Shown here: in pieces, positions 13,170 through 22,100 of the stretch
How positions within the stretch are numbered: position 1 is the first letter of the stretch
How the letters are laid out: every line of letters starts with the position of its first letter
From: Xylella taiwanensis
Lineage (GTDB): Bacteria > Pseudomonadota > Gammaproteobacteria > Xanthomonadales > Xanthomonadaceae
NCBI RefSeq assembly: GCF_013177435.1
Contig: NZ_CP053627.1
Coordinates: forward strand, 1,590,001-1,622,000
Length of the DNA: 32,000 bases
Direction: 5' to 3'
Position numbers and translations under genes: made by a program
The notes under the pieces: generated by a model
The model's input: the letters and a program-made list of their open reading frames with translations, nothing else
Told to the model about the DNA's origin: nothing
Database searches by the model: none

Positions 13170-16100
13170 TTACTCCGCGGGGGTGAGCTGTTGGCGCAAC
13201 TGCTGCAGTTGCTGTTGGCGGGAGGTGCCGGTTGGGGGCGATGCAGGGGTGAAGGGTGTCAGCATGCCTGGGGTGCCATCGAGCTGCTGTTGCCAGTAGG
13301 CCGATTGATCCAGGAGGCGTTGCAACTGGGCCAGTTGGGTGGCGACGGGGTCCTCCGGACGCCGCACCGCCTGCCATTGCTGCAGCGCTGCCATGGTCTG
13401 ATCGTGACGCTTACGGTTCATCTCATCGATATCCAGGCCGGCATAGCTGAACACCCCTTCAGGATTGACGTTGTCCGGATGGCTGCCCAGGGCGGCGGTG
13501 CCGCCGCTGCTGTGCACCGAGTAGTTGGTCTCAAAGATCTCCCGCAGGTCCTTCAAACCCGCGGTCCCCGGATAGCCACCAATAATATGGGCGACAAAGT
13601 CATTGGGCGGTGACCAGAAGCCGGGTTTATTTTTAGTAACCTGCCCCGCGACCGCCGTCAGACGGCTCTCTTCAGCCGCGGGGTTGTTGACGAAGATCTT
13701 TAATTCATCGCTCTTCACCCCAAGTGCTGCGAGCACATTGAGCGCCCCGGTTTCAGTCATGGTGCCACGGCTATGACCCACAAAATTTACCGGGTTGGTG
13801 TACTGTTTATCCGCTTCGTTATACATCAACGTCTCCGCCACCTGGGCCTGGAGCCGTGAGGCCGGGCTGACCACGCGCCCATTGCTGACCTCCATCAGCT
13901 TCTCCAGGCCGGCCACGATCAGTTCCCCCACAGTATGGGTGGGCTGGGTATGCACCACGTAGGTGGTGTTAACGTAGGTTTCGCCGGTGTCCTGGATATT
14001 TCCCTTATTCCTGTCCCACGGCGTCATTTGCAAGCCTAGTTCCGCAGCGCGGCGCAACAAGTTGCTGATGCCGTTGCCGAACACGGTGCTGTTTTTCTTC
14101 TCTTCGTCCGCCAGGGCGCGCAGCGCATCCAAGGTCACCGGGATCGCTTGGATATTGGCTACGCCGCCGGTCAGGGCCCAGCGGCTTTGGTCGGTGAGCA
14201 GGTCATCGTTGGGGCCGCGGGTGCCGGCGATGAACTCGGCGACTTTGGTCGCGTCCAAGGTGCGGTTGGCGTCGTGGATGGTGTCTGTCAGGTCGTTGAC
14301 GGCCTGCTCGCGGAGGCGTTTGTCCGACCAGCCCGGATGGGCTTGCCGCAGGGCGGCGGTGCGTTCTTCCACCAATGTGTTGTTGGCTGCATGGTCGTTG
14401 GTGCAGGGTTGGCTGACGCAGAACACCTTCTCAAGGGTCGGGCTGAGGATGTTGCTGAGGCCTTGGTCAATCAGGATGCGGCCGCTGTCGGCCAGTAAGG
14501 CGCCGGCCTGGCTGCGGTGCTGTACGTCAGCCTGCAAGGTGCCCAGGTCGGTGGCCGCCAGAGGGGTGTGGGCCCCATCCGGGTCACGGCGCAGGGTCGC
14601 CAGGGGGGCGGGATCGCCGCCGCGCAGCACGATGTTAGCCGCGCTCACCACCGCTTCGGTAGTGCTGCGGTCGTTGACCTGACGATCAGCGCTGCCCATG
14701 TGTTGACCAATCAGGGTTCTGCCGAGGCTGTAGATCGGAAGCTGGCTGTTGCCCTGGGAGAGGCCGCTGACCAGGTCGCTGCTCAGGGTGAAGCCGGAGG
14801 CACTCGCACCGGCATTGTGGTGGTTGTCCACGGTGCTGTGGCCCATGCTCTGGGTGGAGAGCTTTTGCAATGCCTGAGGGGCGCTGCTGACGATGGCGCC
14901 GCCGTCCAGTTGGGTATGGCCGCCCACGTGGATGGTGTAGCCGCCGGCGCCGGCAAATAGGCCGCTTTGGTCACGCACGCTGGCGTAGTCCTGGGTGGCG
15001 TGTTGATTGGCATGGCTGAAGGTGGCGTTGCTGCCAAGCCCGCTCATGACCAAGGTGGCGCCGGCGCTGTTTTGGCGCTGTTGGGAGCTGGCACGCAGGG
15101 TGTCCTGGCGGCTTTCGATGTCTAGGTTGCCGCCAATGGTGCCGTTGATGCTATCGGCTAAGACATGGGCGCCACGCAGTTGCGCGTTGCCACCGGCGTT
15201 GAGGGTGGCATTGCCACTGACCCGGATGGCGGTGTCCACCTGGGTGACAGACTGCTGACTGGACTGGCCTCTGCCCCGGGCGCCGCCGGCGTTGAGACTG
15301 GGGCTGGAGGAGCCCACGTTCCATTGGGCACCCACGCTGCTGCTGCTGTAGCGTTGGCTGGAGGTGTGCTCTTGGGTGCTCTGGGCGCTGTGCAGAATGA
15401 GGTCACCAGCCGCATTGAAGGCCAGGCTACCGCTGCTAATCTGGGCACCAACGGCGCTGAGTTGCCCGGTGCCCTCTTGGCGCTCGCCTTTTTCATTGTG
15501 GATGCCAAAGGCGGTGACGGAGACTTTGCCGCCGGCGCGTAGTTGGGCACCGCGGGCCGTGGTGGCGGTCATGCTGGTCTGGCTTTGGCTGGTGGTGCTG
15601 CCGAAAGAGACGCCGCCGCCGAAGGTGTGGGGTATGCCGCCTTCGCGCAGGGTCTTGATTTCGTCCAGGGCACGATCACCGGCACTGAAGGCGCTGTTGA
15701 GGGCGCGTACGCCGTACAGCGTGCTGAGTTGTCCCGTCGGGGCATGGCGGGCGTTTCTAATGTCGGCGGGCACGGCCTGGGCGAAGGTGCCCAGGGCGCT
15801 GCTGAAGCCAACGCTAAAGCCGCTGTGTTTGCTGGCCTGCTGCTGTTGAGCGCTGGCGGTGTCGTACACCGGGTCCATGGTGACGTTGACGCCGCTGACG
15901 TTGATGTTGCCGGCGGCAATCAGGTCGATGCCAGGGGCCTGGACGGCGCCTTTGCTGGAGTGGATGAGGATGTTGCCATTGAGGGCGGCCACGGTGTTGC
16001 CGGTCAAGTAGGTGGCGTGGTGGCTGCCTTGTTGGCTGGCTTTTTGGGAGCCCACGGTGAAGCCGGCGCCAGAACCGAACACGCCGCTGCGGCGCTGGGT

Positions 16101-19100
16101 GGTGCTGTAGCTGGAGCTGTGGGTGTTTTGGGCGCCGAACATGCCCACGCCGTGGGTGCCTTCAATGTGGGGGTTGCCATCGGCTATAAAGTCGGTGCCA
16201 ACGCTGTAAACCTTGTCGCCTGTGACGGTGACCTTGGTGCCGCCCAGGACGCTGCCCAGGGCAATGGTGTCTTGGCTGCTGGCGGTGCTGTGGCTACGGC
16301 TGGAGCCCCATAGGCCGCTGCGCCGGCTGGTGCGTTCTTCTTGGCCGCTGCGCCGTTCTTGGCCGGCCACCAGGGCCACGGTGCCGTCAGCAGAACTGAT
16401 GTTCAGCTTGCCTTGGCGGCTGTCCAGGGTCACGGCACGCCCGATGACGCCACCCTCGCCTTTGATGGTGACGTTGCCAGTGCCAGTAATACGGGTGCCT
16501 ACTTCGCTGTCGCGGGTGCTGTGGATGCTGTTGCCCGGTCCTAGGGTGGCGGTGTTGGTTTCGCCCACGGCCACGGTGGCCATGTTGAGTTTGCCGGCGG
16601 CGGTGACGCTGCTGGTGCCGCCCGGGCCGGTGTTGCTGAAAGTGACGCCTTGCAGGGTCATGTCTTTGTCGGAAGTCACGTGCAGGGTGCCGCCGGGGCC
16701 GGTGACGCGAAAGGTCGATGGACGGTCGATTTCGGTGCGGCTGAAGTGACGTTGGCCTGAGGTACTGTAGCCGCGTGTGGTGCTGCGGGCTATCAGGCCG
16801 CCAGCGGCGGTGACATCCAGTGAACTGCGGGCGCTGAATGTGCCGCCAATGTCGGTGAGGGTGTCTTTGGTATGCACTTTGACGTGGTCGGCGTCCATCT
16901 GGCCGCCTTCTTGGTGGATGTTGTCCGCGTCAATCGTGAGGCGGTCGCGCCCGGTGAGGGTGCCGGTGTTGGTGAGGGTGCCCGATAGGTCCATGGTGAG
17001 GCGGGCACCGGCCATGAGGGCGCCGTCGGTCTTCAGGTCCCCGCGGCGCGGGCGTAGGTAGACACGGGGCACCAGGGCGGTGGTGCTGGTGCCGTTGGGC
17101 AGGGTGACGGGTTGTTCCACCAGCCAGACGATGTCGCTGGTGAGTTGGGCCATTTGGTCAGCGCTCAGGGCGATGCCGGGGCGTAGGCCGTAGTGCTGGG
17201 CAACGGTGACGCCGGCGTCCAGCAGGGCGCGGTATTGTTGGTCGTCGTTGGCGTAGCCGTCCAGCAAGCGCCGCCCGGTGAGTTGGGCGATTTGTTCGCG
17301 GATCAGGCGTTGTTCGTAAAAGCCGTCGCCAAGGCGTTTGTGCATGCTGGCCAGGGGGTCGTTCAGGGCCTGAAGTTGTCGGTCGGCGGTGGTCCGGTCG
17401 CTGCCGCCGCTAAAGTGTGGGTCGGTGACGATGAGGCTGGCGGCGTCGGGATGGACGGTAAACAGGCGGTTGTTGGGCAGGATCAGGGGGCCAGGAACGG
17501 TGGTCGCGGTGGCCCAGGACGGGGCAGCCACGCTGATCGGGGCGTTGTCGGTGTGCAGGGTCGGTAGGCGGGCGTCCGCCAGGTCCTGCAGGGTGGTGTC
17601 GGGGATGGTCAGCGGGAGCTGGCTCTCCACGGATAAGGCGGGCTCCTCGGCAGACTGGTCCGTGCTCGGAGCCGGGGTGAGCTCGGGCATCAGCGGCATC
17701 GGGGGGCTGGTGTGCAGGTCGCCCAGGGGCGGGTGTTCGACGTGGGTGGTGGTATGCAGGGATTGCAGGCGGTTGTTGACATCCACGGCGGCGATGTATT
17801 GGTGGCCGCCGCTGGTGATGCGCCCGCCAATTTGGCCGATGGTGTAGCGCTGGGACGGCATGGTCCAGGTCTCGGCGGCGCCGGCGTAGGTGTAGCTGAT
17901 GTTGTTGAACTGCGTGGTGCGCGACAGTTCAGCAGTGAGGTTGTCGATGAGGCTGGCTTTGCTGTACTCCGGGGCTTTTTCGGGGTCCTTGGGCGGGTGT
18001 GGCGGCAGGCCAACGATGGTCTGGTCGCCACCGGCAAGGATGTCGGCGTAGTGGTTGGCCAGGCGGTCGACCTGGACGAACATGGCGCCGCCAGATTGGA
18101 TCAGCGCCGCGGCGCCGACGCCCGGTTGCAGGATGTCGTCGACGGTGGTCTTGGTGGCGTGGCGGTACTGTTCGTTGGTTTTGACATCCGTGGGGCCGCG
18201 GCGCATGTGGGTCAGGGTGTGGTCCGGGTCGGTGTAGTCACGCCAGGTGATCAGCCGGACGCAGTCGGTACGGCAGGTGCCGTAGGCCGGGTCGTAGGTC
18301 AGGACTTCGTCTTGGTAGGTGATGTGGACGTCTTGTTGGCGTTCGTTTTTTTGGGGGGTGTCCAGGCCGGCCCAGGCGCTGCCCTGCCGGGCGGCGCTTT
18401 GGACTTGGTCGGGGTTGGGTTGTTGGTCTTGGCGGTCGGTGTAGTACAGCACGACGATGCCTTCGCGCTGGCTCAGGTCCAGGCGCTGGCGTTGGCCGCG
18501 GGCGGCATACAGGCCGCCGCGGGCATACAGGTAGGCGCTGGTCTGCGGGGTCAGGCGCACCACGGCGCGGTGGATGATGTAGCCGTCCGGGGTGGTATAG
18601 GGTTCGTCTTGGAGGATGTCGTTGGGGTTGAGGTAGTAGATCTCGTGGGCGTCGTAGTTGCTGGTGAGAGTGAAGTCCGCGTCATTGTTGCGTTGGTTGT
18701 CGCGCCAGGCCGGTTGGGACATGCGTACGGTGGTGCTCACGCCGGGCGCCTGGGTGAGGTGGACGTTGTCGCGGATGTTGTTGAGGGTGGTGGTGGTGAT
18801 GTCCAAGGCGCCGTCCACGTCAATGGTGGCGCTGCGGTTGTCCAGCAGGGTGGCGCTGCCGGTGGCGTGGCGATCGCTATCCAAGGTGCCGCCAATGGCG
18901 GCATCGCCGGCGCTGTAGATCAGGGCGGCGCCGCTGTTACGCACGGTGGCCGCGCCAATGTCCAGGCGTTCGCGGGCGGCAATGGTGGCGGCGTGGGTCT
19001 GGCCGGCGGTGGATTCATCGCGGTTGGTGAGGGTCTGGGCCTGGAGGGCGAGGTGGTCGCCGTAGAGGCGCGCGGTGCCAATGTTGTCGAGGGTGGCGGC

Positions 19101-22100
19101 CTGGAGGTGGGTGGTGGCCGCATCAATCAGGCCGCGGTTGCTCAGGGTCGCAGTGGCGGTCAGTTGGGCCTGGCCGCTGGCGGTGATTTGGCCGGTGGCA
19201 GCGTTGTCAATGGTGCGGGCCTGCAGGGTCAGGTCGCCGGTGTGCAGCAGGCCGGCGTTGCTGAAGGTGTCCGCGGCGCTGAGCTGGGCTTGGCCGCTGG
19301 CAAGGATCTGGGCGGCGGCAGCGTTATCGATGCGCTGGGCGTGCAGGGTCAGGTCACGGCCCTGAAGCAGGCCGCTGTTGCTCAGGGTCGCGGTGGCGGT
19401 GAGTTGGGCTTGGCCGCTGGCAGCCATCTGCCCGGTGGCCACGTTATCGATGCGCTGGGCCTGCAGGGTCAGGTCACGGCCCTGAAGCAGGCCGCTGTTG
19501 CTCAGGGTCTCGGTCGCGGTGAGTTGGGCCTGGCCGCTGGCAGCCATCTGCCCGGTGGCCACGTTATCGATGTTCTGGGCGTGCAGGGTCAGGTCACGGC
19601 CCTGAAGCAGGCCGCTGTTGGTGAGGGTCTCGGTCGCGGTGAGTTGGGCTTGGCCGCTGGCAGTCATCTGCCCGGTGGCAGCGTTGTCAATGGTGCGGGC
19701 CTGCAGGGTCAGGTCGCCGGTGTGCAGCAGGCCAGCGTTGCTGAAGGTGTCCGCGGCGCTGAGCTGGGCTTGGCCGCTGGCAGCCATCTGCCCGGTGGCA
19801 GCGTTGTCAATGCGCTGGGCGTGCAGGGTCAGGTCGCCGGTGTGCAGCAGGCCGGCGTTGCTGAAGGTGTCCGCGGCGCTGAGCTGGGCTTGGCCGCTGG
19901 CAGCCATCTGCCCGGTGGCCACGTTATCGATGCGCTGGGCGTGCAGGGTCAGGTCCGCCGCCTGGATAAGGCCGCGGTTGTGCAGGGCCCCGGCGGTACG
20001 CACGGTGAGCAGGCCGGCGGCGCTGAGGGTGCCGCCGTTGTCCAGACCTTCCTGCAGGGCCAGGGTCAGGGCGGTGCCAGCATGCAGCAGGCCGGCGCCG
20101 CTGAAGGCGCTCAGGTGCAGGCTTTGGGCGCCGCCACTCAGCAGGGTGCCGGCTTGGTTGGTCAGTTGGGCGGCACTCAGCTGTAGGGTGCCGCCGGCAG
20201 TGAGGCGTCCGGCGGTGTTCTGCAGGGCGCCGCGTAGGGTCAGGGCGATGTCTTGGGCAGCGCTGAGGTGGCCATCGCGGTTATCCAGGGTGGTGCTGTC
20301 GATCTGCAGGTGGGTGGCGTGCAGGCCGGTGGCCGGGGCGGCGGTGTCACGGGGGCGGGAGCCAGGGTCCGGGGCCGCAGGGGTCGTTCGGTTGTCCAGG
20401 GTGGTGGTGGTGATCGCCAGGGCCCCGGCGGCGCTGATCAGGCCGTCGTGGTTGTCCAGGCGGTTGTCTAGGTGCAGGCGCGCATCCGCGCCGCTGTGCA
20501 GGCGTCCGCCGGTGTTGCTCAGGGTGTGGGCGTCGATCTGGAGACCGTTGGCGCCGCCAAGTTGGCCGCCAGCGGTGTTGTCAATGTGGGTGCTGTGCAG
20601 CTGGGTGGCGGCTTGGGAGAATACTTGGCCGCCGTGGTTGTTTAGGGTGGCGCTGCGCAGGTCGAGGGCGCCGCCAGCCAGTAGGGCGCCGCCGGCGCTG
20701 TTGTCCAGAAGGTGCGGGCCGGTGTCGATGCGCAGGGCAGTGGCCGCTTGCACCAGGCCGGCACGGTTGTCTAGGACGCCGCTGTGCAGGGTCACGGTGC
20801 CGCTGGTGCTGCCCAGGCGGCCACCGCGGTTGTCCAAGGGTTGGTTTTGGGTGTACAGGGTCACTTGGGCGCCGCTCAGGGTGCCGGCGCGGTTGGTCAG
20901 GCCGGCGCTGCTGAGCCAGAGGGCTTCGCGACTCTGCAGCAGGCCGGCGCTGTTGTCCAGCAGGCCGCTCAGGTGCAGCTGCGCTGCGCCGGCCGCGTCC
21001 AGGGTGCCGTGTTGGTTGAACACGGTGGCCGCGCTCAGGCGCAGGTCTTGGCCGCTGGACAGGGTGCCGTTGTCTTGGTTGTTGAGGGTGCCAGTAACGT
21101 GCAGGTCCAGCAGACCGGTGGCGGTGTGCAGGACGCCGCCGCGGTTGTCCAGGGTGCTGGCGTGCAGGGTGCCAGGGCCGCTGAGCAGCAGCTGGCCTTG
21201 GGTGTTGTCCCAGGTGCCGGTGGTCAGGGTGGCCGGGCCAGTGAGCAATAGATGGCCGCCGCGGTTGTCTAGGGCTTGGGTGGCCTCCAGGCGGCTGGCG
21301 CCGGGGCCGGTGCTGTGCAGGGTGCCGCCGCGGTTATCCAGGGTGGCGGTGTGTAGGTCCAGCACGCCGTTGGTGGCGATGCTGCCGCCACGGTTGTCCA
21401 GGCGGGTGCGGGCCTCCAGTTGGAGGGCTTGGTCTGACTGGGCGGTAAGTTGGCCGCCGGCGGTGCTGAGGACGCCGGTACGGATGCTCACGTGCTGGGC
21501 CCAGGTGGTGCCTTGGCTCAGGTCGGTCTGGGTGCCGGTGATGCTCAGGGCGCCTTGGCTGCTCAGGGTGCCGCCGGGGCCGAAAAGGGTGGCGGCGTCG
21601 ATCTGCAGGGACCCCTGCCCGCTGTGCTGTACGGTGCCGCCGCTGTTATCCAGGGTGGTGGCGTTGAGGGTGAGGGCGCTGCCGGTGCTGGATAGGGTGC
21701 CAGTGGTGTTGTCTAGCAGGCCACCAATGCGCAGGTGGGCCGCCTGGGGGCCGGTGTGGAGGAGTTGGCCGCCACGGTTGTTGAGCTGGTGGGTCTGTAG
21801 GTCCAGGGCGCCGCTGGCCTGAAGTTGGCCGGCGTCATTAGTAAGTTGCCCGGTCTGCAGGGTCAGAGCGTTAGCCGCGCTGGCCAGCACGCCGTGTTGG
21901 TTGTCCAGTAGGCCATCAATGCGCAGGTGGGCCGCCTGGGGGCCGGTGTGGAGGAATTGGCCGCCACGGTTGCTGAACTGTTGGGTGTTCAGGGCCAGGG
22001 CGCCGCTGGCCTGAAGTTGGCCGGCGTCATTAGTAAGTTGCCCGGTCTGCAGGGTCAGAGCGTTAGCCGCGCTGGCCAGCACGCCGTGTTGGTTGTCCAG

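Noticed and set aside
9038-13186. Recurrent plus-strand ORFs (170-214 aa, 77-80 aa) and alternative-frame minus-strand ORFs (70-83 aa) inside the lipoprotein array
   Set aside because: They recur only because the DNA is tandemly repeated, and their lengths vary with chance stops. The sense frame has a signal peptide, a lipobox and full-length conservation in all five units.
13165-13377. 71-codon N-terminal extension of the first lipoprotein ORF (track ORF 12352-13377)
   Set aside because: It overlaps the 3' end of cdiA in another frame and is Pro/Ala/Arg-rich. It is absent from the other four paralogs, which all begin at the conserved MH..IK..GVLILASS signal peptide.
19134-19973. A regular 120-nt repeat array considered as a possible CRISPR or other non-coding array
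   Set aside because: The repeats are contiguous, with no unique spacers, and are far longer than CRISPR repeats. They sit in frame inside cdiA and encode 40-aa beta-helix units.
17712-21822. Very long plus-strand ORFs (824 aa at 17712-20186, 734 aa at 19618-21822, and many 60-260-aa ORFs between 13191 and 23839) antisense to cdiA
   Set aside because: They lie opposite a strongly GC3-biased gene, which suppresses stop codons on the antisense strand. Their translations are low-complexity Gly/Ala/Val/Arg/Pro strings with no motifs. The minus-strand frame carries unmistakable TPS and FHA signatures.
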